A stretch of DNA of 64,000 nt. It comes from Felis catus (Eukaryota). The notes under the pieces were generated by a model. That model had not been told where the DNA came from. It ran no database searches and saw only the letters and a program-made list of their open reading frames with translations. Numbering within the stretch: the stretch's first letter is position 1; each line of letters starts with the position of its first letter. The DNA is taken from positions 24,058,001 through 24,122,000 of the forward strand of contig NC_058369.1 of the NCBI RefSeq assembly GCF_018350175.1, given 5' to 3'. The position numbers and the translations under genes were made by a program. Of this stretch, positions 1-12,320 are shown in pieces.

Positions 1-70
1 ATAAAGGTGTGATGTTTTAAGCTGCTACATTTGTGGTCATTTGTTATGGCAACAATAGAAAACTAATACA
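1..70 (+). mobile_element. 3' end of an MLT1-type (ERVL-MaLR) LTR, cut by the window edge
   Basis: tgttttaagctgctacatttgtggtcatttgttatggcaacaatagaaaactaataca matches the typical MLT1 terminus ending ...aactaataCA. Confidence 0.8.
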
Positions 71-600
71 GGGGCTTTCTCTAGAAGCAGAAGACCCTCA
101 GACAGAATTTGACTTCAAGGTTTTTTTTTTTCTTTTTAAGTTTCCTTATTTTGAAAGAGAGAGCATGAGAAGGGGAAGGGCAGAGAGAGAGAGGTAGAGA
201 GAGTGAGAATCCCATGCAGGCTTGCAGAGCCCCAGATAGGGCTCAAACTCATGAACTGTGAGATCATGACCTGAGCCAAAACTAACATTCAGACACTCAA
301 CCAACTGAGCCACCCAGGTGCCCCTGACTCCAAGTTTTTAGCTAGGGAGGTAATCACTAAAGAGTGGTGTATTGGAAAGCCAATACAATCCAGTTACCAC
401 TGGGGGAACAGGGGCTCAGTCCTTCTGGGGACCTCTAGGAAACCTACAGAATCAGCTTTAGTTATCCTCTCTGAGGGTAGGTAACCAGAGCTCTGATCCA
501 CCTGCTCTCACCTGCCATTGGTGAGACCTGTTCTCAGGGGCATTAATTCTCTAGCACCTCTGGACTTTCTATAGTTCCTTCTGCCTTGCAGTCTCTACTC
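71..600 (-). mobile_element. LTR16-family (ERVL) LTR, interrupted by a Can-SINE
   Basis: Motifs agaagcagaagaccctcagaca, cagttaccactggggg, ctggggacctctagg and cattaattctctagcac resemble LTR16 consensus blocks. Confidence 0.6.
121..324 (-). mobile_element. Can-SINE, older subtype
   Basis: Poly-T, GA-rich tract and ...ctgagccacccaggtgcccc end; degenerate TSD tgact(t/c)caag. Confidence 0.93.
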
Positions 601-614
601 TAAAAGAGGAAAGC

Positions 615-834
615 GAGGCACCTGGGTGGCTCAGTCAGTTGGGCATCTGACTTCGGCTCAGGTCATGATCTCGCAGTCCGTGAGTTTGAGCCCCGTTTCA
701 GGCTCTGTGCTGACAGCTCAGAGCCTGGAGCCTGCTTTGGATTCTGTGTCTCCCTCTCTCTCTGCCCCTCCCCTGGTCATGCTCTGTCTCTCTCTGCCTC
801 AAAAATAAGTAAGAACATTAAAAAAATTAATTTT
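615..834 (+). mobile_element. Can-SINE (SINEC_Fc-like)
   Basis: gcacctgggtggctcagtc head with Pol III A/B boxes, CT tract and A tail; TSD aaa(a/g)gaggaaagc. Confidence 0.95.
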
Positions 835-1769
835 AAAGGAGGAAAGCAATTCTGATAAATGAACTTCTCGAAAAGCAGTACAAGCTGGGGTTGCTATGCA
901 CTTAAAGGAGGACTTACAGAAAATGGGAGATATTTAACCTTCTCAACAGTAAATCTCAAAAGAAGAAATTTTAGTATTATACCTATAGGAGAGGCTTTCT
1001 CAGCCTCCTTACTACAACTCCCTACTATGTCCACTGGCAAGGCTTATCTGTCCTGAATCCTTCTGCCAAGTGAGCATTTACCAATGACACAGCTTTATGA
1101 ACACAGATGTGAGCCTTATCAGTACTGTGCTCTGTGTGGCCTCTCTCCATACCATTGTGCACATCTTTAACCACTTTGGACTTCCCAAATGAAAGCCACA
1201 TTATAAATACAGGCATTGTTCTCATTCCCTAGTAATAATGGTAAGAAGTCCAAAAACAAAGACTGAAATCTAGTGCTTGGGGACAGTCTGAGGACGCAAG
1301 AGACCCAGGGAGGAACTGGTTTTTCAGCAGAGGCATAATTACCTCTCTGTCAGATACAATCTCACTCCCCACATGATTTCCATTATTTCAAGACAATTTA
1401 AATCCCACCTTTCCTCAGACAAAAGGCTGCGATTGCAAAACAAGGAGCTTCTTACAGCAAGAATGAGTGGTATTGTTCTACGGAACACATTGTATCAGAA
1501 AATAGTACCTTAAGCAAGCAGAGCTGGCCAGGTGGGAATTCCTTATACAAACTGTGAAAGGGACTTGAAAACATTTGCTGGTGTGCAGTGTATGTGGTAC
1601 GGCGGAGACACTTGCTTCTTGCATGTGGCAGGGCTCTAGAATATCACGGTGGAGCTAAAGTTCAGGCATCACTTAACACTGGATGCTTCAAGTCCCACTT
1701 CTCAAAGACAAGGTTTGTATGACACGAGGGGTCCAGTACACTGGTGCCCAGTACATTCTGTTTTTTGTT

Positions 1770-1932
1770 CTCTAGGCCCTGAGCTAGGCATCATTTATGT
1801 AATATTCACAACCATATTCTGCTATTATTACTACCCCCATTTTATAGATGAGGAAAGTGAGGCTCTGAAAGGTTAGCTCATTTACCTGAACTAAAGTCAC
1901 AAAGAGCTAAGATCTGAACCCCAGGTCTGACC
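1770..1932 (-). mobile_element. MIR
   Basis: Core cccattttatagatgaggaaagtgaggctc ... tgaaccccaggtctg. Confidence 0.85.
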
Positions 1933-2240
1933 TGCTACTTTGGTCCCTGCTTCAAACATCTCCCAACTTTCTGTGTTTCACACAGTGCCAGGCACCAAAT
2001 GGCTGAGTGTTTCAGCAGCCTCCTGCCAACCCTGGCTGGTGCCACAGCATCCACAACTGTACCCTTTTGGAAGCTCACCCAATCAATGGGCAGCCTGCAG
2101 CTTATCAAATTCAGTCTCACTTCTTTTACTCAAGAAAGCACTTCAGTTTGCAAATAAGTAACATTTATGTTGTTATGAGAATAACTTTGAATCCGTTCTC
2201 ATATATTAAGAAAAAGCCAACTACTCCCAAACCTTGGTTG

Positions 2241-2500
2241 AGGCAATGTTGTGTAGTGGTTAAGTCCTTGGGCACTGAAGCTGAGAGAACTTTGAGTTCA
2301 CCTACTTGATTCCACCAATTACAGCTAAGCGATATGTGGAGCAAAGCAATTAAGTTCTCTGAATCTCAGTTTTCCCATCTGTCTAGTAGGCTATTGTATA
2401 CTATCTGCTCATGGGAATACTGTGAGGATCAAATAAAATCCTACACATAAAGAGCTTTGCATTATGCCTGGGACATAACAAGCTGTCAATAAATGTTCAT
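2241..2500 (+). mobile_element. MIR, near full length
   Basis: gtgtagtggttaag ... ctcagttttcccatctgt ... tgtgaggatcaaataa ... caataaatgtt. Confidence 0.85.
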
Positions 2501-3209
2501 CTCACTGTCATTGTTATCACACTATTTTCCAGTTCTTTGTTATTACTGGCAAACCTCTGATTTGGACACAGCAACTTCAGCTAAGTCACAAGAACTGCCT
2601 TCCAGTTCTCTCACTGGATAAAGGCCCAGACTTGGCCTCTCCTTGTTGACCTTGTTGACCTTTAAGTCAGCCATCTGACTGCTTGTCACTGCCTCTTTCA
2701 CAGGGCACCACACTTCTGGGGGATCATAAGTAGGATTGAAGGTCTGCATGATGAACTGTCAAGTTGAATTCCTCTTCTCTGTTGGCAAACCTGCCAAGGC
2801 CCTTCCCCAGGTGCCTGGGAAGAGACCATACCCCGAATGTTCCAATTCATTACAGTGACATTCATGAAACATCTTCTGTACCCCAAGTTCCACACTCAGA
2901 GTTCGAACCTCACAGTCCAATCAACCTGGTCCCTGCCCTAGAGGAAAGCATGGTGACATGCCTTTCATTTTGGCAGCATAGAGCAGGGCCCTTAAAGAGC
3001 AAACAGACCCTAAAAACTCATATTTAAAAAGCAGAACTATCAACTGTTATGCCTAGATGAATGCTTTCAACATAAGTTTGTTCCTGGATCAAAAAGTGAC
3101 AATCATCCAATGTCATTACACTGGTAAGATTTCTATGAAACACACAGTACAACAGCACAATAATCTTTCTTCTCCCAAAGAAAAAGAGGAGCACAGAAGC
3201 TGATCTTTG

Positions 3210-3425
3210 GCTCCAATGGACCCAGGCTTAAACTCTGGCTGGCTTATTGCTAGCCAGGCCACTCAGCAGGTGAGCTAACCACATAGGCCACATTCTCATC
3301 ATCTGTAAGATGATGATATCAAGACTACCAAACTCAGAGGGTTGCTGTGTGTATAAAGCGCAACAAGGCCGCTAAAGCACTTAGCAATGCACCTGGTGTT
3401 CAAAAAGTATTAGAAATGTTTCTTC
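3210..3425 (+). mobile_element. MIR
   Basis: ctcatcatctgtaagatg ... taaagcacttagcaatgcacctgg. Confidence 0.7.
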
Positions 3426-3800
3426 TTATTAAAGTTCTTCAAAACTCACCGTGTAGATTCACTGGCAAAAAGTCAGCAAAGAAATTAACAATGGATTTAG
3501 AAAAGGAACAACAGGCTTATACTTCCTAATGAAAAGAATTTCACAGTAAATGCACATATGCAAGTCCCTAAATGTCCCTGTGTCCACTTGGGCTCATGGG
3601 AAGAGATGGATTTTTGCAGAGACCAGGGTATATACTTCAAGGTCGGTGCTGGTGCCAGCCCATGTGGGTCACCCCATGGAAATTCAGTTTTCTGCATTAG
3701 CCTTTAATGGTCCTCCTCTGCTGGGCATTTTGGGCTATGGTTTGAAGTAAATGCACTCAAATAAACATCTTTTGGTGCCAGAACTGCCATGGGCACATAC

Positions 3801-3916
3801 CTTTCTTTCGATGGTCCTGGGAAGTGGTTTGTTAAACTATTGTTCTCTATTAAAAACTCATGTGTTTGTTCAGTCCAATATGGGTCGCTGCTTTGAGTGA
3901 AAGATCCCCTTGACAT
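3801..3916 (-). other. Candidate alternative first coding exon (MSRGSFTQSSDPYWTEQTHEFLIENNSLTNHFPGPSKE, phase 2); unverified
   Basis: GCC-ATG start, 38 open codons and an AAG|GTATGT donor in non-repeat DNA; peptide not recognised. Confidence 0.22.
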
Positions 3917-5084
3917 GGCAAAACCTCTACTTGTGACAAGCTGGTGCCAAGTATGTCTTAACCAGACGCAGGCCCGGGTTTGATTAGCAGCCACTGAATT
4001 CCATGTAAAATCAGATAATGATGGTTTTTCCCCTCTCTGCTGAGCAAATATCCTCAGCTTTTAATCAAGTCTATATATGAAAAACCTCTATATTAATAGC
4101 TCCATGAAGTACAATGGTTTTAAACCTATGGTTCATCTCAACTTTCCTGACCTCTGACTGTTTAATCTGAAAAGGACCTGAGCAATACAACTAAAAATAA
4201 AGGGACTACAATATTTATTTTGGCAGATACCATAGAGATACAAAGGAAGGACATGTGGTGAGTGGAAATTCTCTACCACACACGGCGGGAAGAGAAAGAA
4301 AAGGCTCTGGAGCCTATTTTGTTTTCCCACTTGTGGGATAGCATCTATTGGATAATGATGATATTAAGACTGCAAAGACACGTGCCGCTTTGGAACGCTG
4401 CACCAGACTCCATGGCTGTGCATGGAAACCTCCTCCTCTGCCCCTTTGGATGTTCAAAGGGTCCAACTGCAAACCTGGGAAACATGAGCCTTTTCAGAGA
4501 GACTGGAGTCTCAGCTTGGGCTTCTTTTCCCTTCTTATGGGCACAATTTGGGTGTCTGCAGTTAATTATTTGCAGGTGCATTTCTGCTGCATGCAATGGA
4601 GTCCCCAGTTAGGCTCTTGCAGGTGTAATTATCAATTTCCACCTCACTTTGAGGGGGCAAGTGGATAATTGTGCCCACGAGGTGGTCACAGTTCCTGTCC
4701 AGGTTGAGTAGAATGCTCCACTGCAGACCACTGTCTGGGTATCCGGCTCTTTGAGACACAATGCTGGGCATTTAGGAATAAGTGTCAGGTGTGCATCTGG
4801 AGTTTAGAAGTGAGGCCCCACATAGAGGGTTGGCTTCGGGGTTCTCTGAGACAAAAAGGATAAAAGCTCCGGGCTGAGGACATTGAGCAATTCCATAAAA
4901 TTCCACAGAAGTGGACCAGAGTTACAGAATTAACCTTTCGTAGATCAAGAAGATCAACTCCGTGAGAAAAACAAGTCTCTATTAACTTTGCAACAAGCTT
5001 TATACTTAAAGAATTTTCATATAAATCATCTTGTGTGAGCTCACATACTTAAAACTTAAAGTCATAATATTCAAAATTTTAATA

Positions 5085-5127
5085 ATAATAGTACTTACTG
5101 AGTGCTTACTGGGCCAGCTGTTATCCT

Positions 5128-5172
<45 letters not shown>

Positions 5173-5350
5173 TTTGTATATGTGTTCAATCAATGCTCTT
5201 AAAACACCACTTTAAAGAATTATTATACCCATTTTAAAGAATATAAACTGAGGCACAGGGAGATAAAGTAACATGCCCAGGGTGACAAGACTAGTGAGGA
5301 GTGGAACCAGATCTCAAAGCCAGGCAGGCTGGTTACAGGGCACTACCTAG
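5085..5350 (-). mobile_element. MIR containing a (TG)n microsatellite
   Basis: cccattttaaagaatataaactgaggcacaggg ... aagtaacatgcccagggtgaca. Confidence 0.8.
5131..5168. repeat. (TG)19 microsatellite
   Basis: Direct reading. Confidence 0.98.
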
Positions 5351-6106
5351 CTTGCTACTCAAGATGAGAACACTTTCAAATGAGAAGATGGAAACAGGTA
5401 GTTAAGAATTTGCTCTGCAAGACACTACTAGATCATTCATTTGTGCATCCATTTATTCATCCATTTAACAATTCAAGGAATATTCACTGAGTGCTGTGGT
5501 CCAGCACAAATGTCAGGTAACTGTTTTATAACCTACAATTTTCCCTAGCTGCTTGATTAATGTCGGGGAAATTAAAAGAGAGAATGAACAAGAGAGAAGG
5601 AAGGAAAGAGACAGTGAGCAAAGGAGAGAGGCAGGGAGTGAGACATGGAAGGAGAGCAAGAGTTAGTATGAAGAAAAAGGAGAAAGACAAGCCTTGAAAA
5701 TTAGTTTGCCTTCTGAAAACAAATCCCTTTATGAGAAATGGGGAGAAGCCATATCAACCAACCACTGGGATTATACTAAAGAATGTTGTGTCCCCATTTG
5801 CGTATTTCTTACTTTAACAATAAGAGCAGGCATTCTATGGGACTGTCAAAAACTAGTCCCCACGTTGAAATCTGAAAACCAAACAGACCCTGGCTCCCTG
5901 ACCTCTGTGGCCTATGAAAGGGGTAATTCTGAGTGGTTGCATTCTGGGAAACTCAACCAATACATGTCAAGGAGCTTGAAGAATCTCTGGATTCAGTGAT
6001 GAAGCCAAGACTGCTGAGCCACATTCCACTGACCCATTCTGTATTGTTGGGTCTGACCCAACTGTATTCTGACCAACTGTATTCTGTCATCTTATTGAAG
6101 CACATT

Positions 6107-6334
6107 AAAAACATTTTTTTTAATGTTTATTTTTGAGAGAGAAAGAGAGAGACAGAGACAGAGACAGAGCATGAGCAGGGGAGGGGCAGAGACAGACAGA
6201 CACAGAATCCAAAGCAGGCTCCAGGCTCCGAGCAGTCAGCACAAAGCCTGACACGGGGCTCGAACTTATGAGCCATGAGATCATAACCTGAGCCGAAGTC
6301 AGATGCTTAACTGACTGAGCCACCCAGGCACCCT
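6107..6334 (-). mobile_element. Can-SINE
   Basis: Full antisense SINE; TSD ttgaagcacatt at 6095-6106 and 6335-6346. Confidence 0.95.
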
Positions 6335-6619
6335 TTGAAGCACATTTTAATAAAAGCATAATTACATATTAACCTATTGTTGGGATGAGTGTCTCAGACT
6401 GAAACAGAAGATTAGCAGTAATGTTTCCAAAAGGATGAACAAAACTTGGGAGAGCACCAGAACTAAAAGAAACCAAACCATTGTTTCTTGATGAGGTTGA
6501 TGGTCATCTATAATGACCACTCAATGGTCACTGAGAGGTGACTCAGTGTGCATGCTAACTTTTTCTCAGGGACCATCATTCAATCCTCATGACAAGCCTA
6601 TGATTTGCTATAAATCTAT

Positions 6620-6830
6620 GAACATAGTAATAAGCTAATACATATTGAGAGCTTCCATGTGTCCCACACCATGCAAAGTTCCATTAAGAGATTATCTGAT
6701 GATGGAGAATATCTCACAATAATTCTTTGAAGTAAATTCCATAGGCTGAGGCTTAGGAAAGTCCAGCACTTGCCCAAGACCACACAGCTAGCAAATGGCA
6801 GAACAGAGGGAATATGTACACTTGGATGCT
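6620..6830 (-). mobile_element. MIR
   Basis: ctgaggcttagg ... cttgcccaagaccacacagctagcaaatggcaga. Confidence 0.75.
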
Positions 6831-7569
6831 TTCACACTCTGCTGCCAGCATGCACATGGAGGTGGTTTGAAATGGATCTTTCCTTTGATGTTTCTTAGGA
6901 CTTCACTTAAAACTTCAAATATATTTTCTTTTCTGAGACAGTGTTAAGGACACTTCCACTATATAAAAGTCTGCCTTGCTTTACTGATTTCATTAAATAG
7001 CTAGGCATTTATTCTATTGGCTTAATGTAAAGCCATGCAAGAATACGTGTTGGCTGTCCTTTCTAAAATGCCCTGAGATTTGAACTTGGCATAGGGCAGT
7101 CACTCAGGAAAATTTGAATATGGTATGATGATAGTCATCCAAAATAATGTCTTTTTAAGGTCCTTATTTATTACACAAAGAATTTAAAATAAAGTAACAT
7201 GTGGGCCCCATTCCTGAAATTCAGACTGTTACAAGATAATCTCCAAGTCACTCCATTAGAGTTAAAACTTGTTACATCTCTTTAGTTAAATTGCTCTGCT
7301 TTACCATGGATTGCATGGCAATGAAAGTAATATCTGAGTGCCCCTATCAGTGAGTTTAATTGTTTTCTCATCCTCATCACTGGCTCTCACCACCAGTCAG
7401 ACAGTTCTTGACTCGCAGGAATTACTAACAGTCGTTACAGTACCCCAGATTTTCCATGGCAAGCCCCTTTCTCCCTCCCTTCTTGCACCAATCAAATATG
7501 GCTTTGCCAGTATCTTCTTTACTAAACTGATGAGGTCAAGCACTGTGCACTTCCTCTCATTTCCATTTT

Positions 7570-7779
7570 TTTTTTTCAACGTTTATTTATTTTTGGGACA
7601 GAGAGAGACAGAGCATGAATGGGGGAGGGGCAGAGAGAGAGAGAGACACAGAATCGGAAACAGGCTCCAGGCTCCGAGCCATCAGCCCAGAGCCCGACGC
7701 GGGGCTCGAACTCACGCACCGCGAGATCGTGACCTGGCTGAAGTCGGACGCTTAACCGGCTGCGCCACCCAGGCGCCCC
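7570..7779 (-). mobile_element. Young felid Can-SINE (SINEC_Fc type)
   Basis: Diagnostic CpG-rich ...cgcgagatcgtgacctggctgaagtcggacg...; TSD cctctcatttccatttt at 7553-7569 and 7781-7797. Confidence 0.97.
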
Positions 7780-8647
7780 ACCTCTCATTTCCATTTTAAA
7801 AGATGTAAAGAAGTCACTTGGCCTCTTTGTGCTGAGTTAGTAGACCAAAACTGGGTCCATTTTAATGAGACATCTCATTATAATTGAGATGGCCTTCATG
7901 AGAAAGCTGGCCATCAGCAGTCACTCATCTGAGTGATTTGAAGTGAGAGAGTTCGCAAACTGCTCCAGGACCTTAAATTTCCATCATTAAAGCTGGACTA
8001 CATATGATACTTTTTGGAAATGCCAATATCCTCACAGAGGAAGCACTGGCTGACTTTGTAATGGACAGCTCTTGTCTTTGCTGGCCCAGTACCCTTCACA
8101 CTGGCAAATGGCCTTATCATGCCCTGTTGTCTTCATAACATCTCAAACATGGATCCTACTTCTCCCTGCCTCATGCTGGGCATTTTACCCATCCTGTGTC
8201 ATTCATAGCGCATGCCCCACCCCCTCACTGGCACAACAAATGGTTGGTTCAGAGGTATGTCTAAAACCCAAGAAGTGCCCAGTAAGAGGTAATGCAAATT
8301 TGGGACTACTGCTACCCACTGCATGGAGAAAACCCATCCCTAACAGGAGACAAGAAAGCTACTATACAGGGGGAAGATAGCTAACAGACTATAGGAGGAA
8401 AAGGGCCTTGATGACTGTGCTGGAGTACTGTGTCTCTCCAGCTTCTCTCAGGTATGAGGACCAATTAATTCCCTTTCTGACTTAAACTACTTTGCATTGA
8501 GCTTCTGTCAGCTGTAGTGTACTAACTAGTAGAATGTTTCATAAGTAATTTGGAACTGATTTTATTTAAAGTTAAAAAGGACCTAAGAGAATGAGAATAA
8601 CAGGCAAACATTGACAGAGAAGGCACATGGTCTAAATGATGCCTTCT

Positions 8648-8709
8648 ACAGGAAGTTGGATAGATTCAGGTCTTAGGGACAGGAAGTTGGATAGATTCAG
8701 GTCTTAGGG
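8648..8709. repeat. Perfect 31-bp tandem duplication
   Basis: acaggaagttggatagattcaggtcttaggg twice. Confidence 0.97.
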
Positions 8710-8789
8710 ATCAGCAACAGGTTCATAGGCATGCAGCAGGAAGAATTTTTGGAGAGTAGTACAGAAAAGAAGAGCAGTATATGGAACAA

Positions 8790-9350
8790 AAAGTAAAATA
8801 TTTTGGTACAATCACTTTGGAAAATTGTTTTGCACTATGTACTAAAGCTGTAAGTATATATATCTATGACTTTTACTTCCAAGAGAAATATACATATATA
8901 CTCACAAAGGAAACATACTACAAATACCAGCATTGTTTGTAATTGTCTCAAATTGGAAACTGTCTAAATGCCTATCAAGAAAAGAATGGACACATGAAAT
9001 ATGATCTAGTCATGCAATGAAATACTACACAACAAGAACGCATTAATTAATAGACTGGATACGCACAACATGGATGAATCCCATAACATAATGTTGAGTT
9101 AAAGAGATGGACACAAAGAAGTACATATTGTATGATCTCATTTATATAAAGTTTAGCAGGCAAAACTAATCTATGAGGCTCAAAGTCTGGATAGAACTTG
9201 GAGTGTAATGATTGGAAAGGTATAAGAGGCTGCTGCTGATGCGGTGCTGGTCTTGTATTTCATTATCTGGTTGCTAGTTTCACAGGTAAGTTGAGTTTGC
9301 TTAAAATTCCTCAAGCTATACCCCTAGAATTCATGTTCTTTTTCTTAAAT
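8790..9350 (+). mobile_element. Ancient L1 (L1ME-like) ORF2 end and 3' UTR
   Basis: ggtacaatcactttggaaaa ... tgtatgatctcatttatataaagtt ... caggcaaaactaatctatg. Confidence 0.8.
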
Positions 9351-9749
9351 TAAAAATTGGAAAAACTCTCCTCACTTAATAATGTTGAAGCTAACAGACT
9401 TGCTATTGAAACAAACAATCCTTCCATTTTGGGCTCTGGACCATGTAAATGGTTGCTACCCTTAGTGTTCCTGGTTCCATCTGTCTTGCTTTCTTCTTTC
9501 CAGTCTTTCCTCCTTCCAACAATCATGTATGGTAGGTTCAGGCCCATGAGACAGAAGCTGTCCCTGGTTCTGCAGATATTTCCTACCTTTGCCTTTGCTG
9601 GTACCCATCTACTCACCTCCCACCAAAGGAAGAGCTTTGATAGGGTTGGACAAGGATGCTGATGATTTGGTCTAGCAGAATTGAGAAGCTTTCTCTAGAT
9701 TCATAGATGAGTGGTCCAAATGCAAAAGAAGAGGCAAAATGTGTCACAG

Positions 9750-10560
9750 ACAGTACTTACTAAACTCACTTGATCTTCCTGGCATGTAGCTGGGTTGTAT
9801 TCTCCAGACTCCACTGCACTTAGGGAGCCATATGACTGACTTCTAGTTAATGAAGTGTGAGTGAAAATAATGTCATGCCAACCTTTAAACTCCTACTTGT
9901 ATTAGTTTGCTAGGTCTGCCATAACAAAATGCCACAGACTGGGTAGCTTAAACAACAGAAATTTATTTTCTCAGTTAAGGAAACTGTAAGTCTAAGATCA
10001 AGATGTTGGCAGCTTTGGTTTCTCCTAAGGCCTCTCTTCTTGGCACATTCTTGCTGTGCCTTCACATGGTCTTTTCTCTTTGCACACACATCCTTAATGT
10101 CTTTCCGTATATCCAAATTTTCTCTTTTTATAAAGGCACCAGTCATACTGGGTTATGGCCAACCCAAGGTCCTTGTTTAACTTAATAACCTTTTTAAAGG
10201 TTCTATTTCCAAATATGGCCATAGCCTGAGGTCCTGGGGGTTAGAACTTCAACATATGAATTGGGAGCAGGGAACACAATTCAGCCTATAACACTTTTCA
10301 TGATTCTCCAGGCTCCCTCCCCTTCCACCATTTGGCTTAGCATCCAAGTGATGTTAGAAGTCATAAGTTGAAGATGGCCAACCTCCATCATCCTGGGTCC
10401 CAGAATGATTATATGGGAGCAGAGACCCTTGTTAACTTGGACACTCCTTGGGCTGTTTACAGGAGCAAAAATAAAATTCTGTATGAGCAAGAAACAAACT
10501 CCTATATGCTTGAGCATTTATCTATTTTGGGATCTATATGTTATTAAAGCATTAGCTGGC
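9750..10560 (+). mobile_element. Old MLT1 (G/H-like) LTR, split by a younger MLT1A
   Basis: gccatatgactgacttctag ... catcctgggtcccagaatga ... tgagcaagaaacaaact. Confidence 0.6.
9898..10293 (-). mobile_element. MLT1A-type solo LTR, complete
   Basis: tgtattagtttgctagg...gccataacaaaatgccacagactggg ... acacaattcagcctataaca with TG...CA termini. Confidence 0.88.
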
Positions 10561-10697
10561 TCCAAACAACATAAAGGGCAATGCATTTTTTGACATTTTG
10601 CCAAAAATCAGTCTGGGTGGAATGATTATTTATGTTGAGGATTCTGAGAGCTCCCACAATACTTTTATCATTTCTATTATTATTACATGGCTTGCAT

Positions 10698-10848
10698 CAG
10701 TGCTTCTTAAAGTGTTGTAAAGGTATGGAATCCTGAGCCACAACCCACACCTGCTAATCAAAATTTCAGTGCATTTGGGAGACTCACATTTTTTAATAAG
10801 CCTATATGTCACTCAAATGCATGCTAAAATGTAAGAAGTATTGGTTTA
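10698..10848. mobile_element. MER5-like hAT-Charlie MITE remnant
   Basis: cagtgcttcttaaagt ... cacctgctaatcaaaattt ... ttttaataagc ... atgctaaaatgtaagaagtattg. Confidence 0.55.
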
Positions 10849-12119
10849 CCTGGTGGGTCCCTTTCTAATTTTTAAATGAACATTGAATGGGTATACCAAA
10901 GCTGTTCTTGACTAAATGTGGTTAGCTATTGAGATGAGTTTTGAGATTTTTCTCCAAGGAATTATCAAACATGCTAATTCAATTTTGTTTTCTGTTTTAG
11001 GTAAAACAAATAATTCTCTCTTTCCTTTAATCATCACTATTTTATGGTGATTTATCACTGGCTTGAGGTCTCTGCCAAAACCACCATTTGTTTATTATTA
11101 TGACTTATCTTAGTAACTTTCAATTGAAATTACATTTATAGTTGACAACTTCACCCAGAGAGTTCTTCCTTGTGTCCTCATTTCAAGCTGTGAGGAGGGC
11201 TGCTTAGCTCTTAATGTCACAAATTCAAGTCCATGCCAAGTCATAGGAGTATTCCTGAAAACTACTCCTATTTATCTATGTGGGTCTTGGGTTGGCATTT
11301 CTTAAAGTCTGACAATGATTCCTCACAGAATTTTGTTATTAACAAATAAAATGGTTCCAAGGTCAAAATTATTGGGAAATACAATGTAAAATTTCTCACA
11401 TTTCTTTATAAAATGATTTTATTCTGAACCTCTAAACCTCCAAGAGTAGGATATAATCTACAAATTTTCCCAGACTTAATTTGCCACAAAGTGTTTATGT
11501 ATATGTGTGTATGTATTTGTATAACAACTTAAAAATACCATTATTCTTCAGAAAACAACATTTAACTAAAAATACTTAATTATTATTTGAGATCATATAA
11601 TACTGGGGTTTTTCTGACTAACATAGTTACTTCTGAATTTTTTTTTTATATTAGGACTGGTATATATGTATAATGTTTCTGTTAGTCCTGTGGTAATTTA
11701 GTCCTGTGATAACTTATCAAAAGATATTTTAAAGAGAAGAGCTCTTCTCTGGAAAACTAGTATTTTATCTATGGTGATATTACAAAGTTCCAAAGTTAAT
11801 TTAAAATTACAGAAACTGAAAAACTTCCATCTTTGTTGGTATCCTTAACTATTTGGTTCAGTGTTTTTGTTGGAAGGGCCCTCAGTAACTACCTGGTGTG
11901 GATGGCAAACACAGGGCATATGTGTCTTCCTTTTGCCCTCCTGTGCCATGGCAGGCATCAATAATCCATCAGGGACTATTCTAGTGCACTTAGCTAGTAT
12001 GGACCTCAAAATGACAGTAAACACAGTGCTCCATGAAGCCACCACAAAATAATCAGTATTAGGGCTCCAGCTGACCTCCACATGAGAAGTTACAGTTGTC
12101 AAGAGTCTATCAGAGCCTA

Positions 12120-12320
12120 GGCAGAATAATTTGAAGCCAAACTATCTGACTTTGGCAAATCAGGTAACTTCTCTAAGCCTCAATTCCCTCACCTGAAGAA
12201 AGGGAATATTAACAGTATGTATATTATAGTTATTATAAGGTTAAATAAGAGAATCCATATAATGCACATAGCACAAAACGTGACACTGATCATTGTTCAA
12301 TAATCATTTTCAATTCGTTA
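12120..12320 (+). mobile_element. MIR
   Basis: aacttctctaagcctcaattccctcacctg ... ttataaggttaaataaga. Confidence 0.8.

Noticed and set aside
4672..4690. CTCF-like CCACGAGGTGG
   Set aside because: Several mismatches in the core motif; cannot be supported without a matrix scan.
11300..11480. Possible old DNA-transposon remnant
   Set aside because: The resemblance is vague, and I could not define termini or family.
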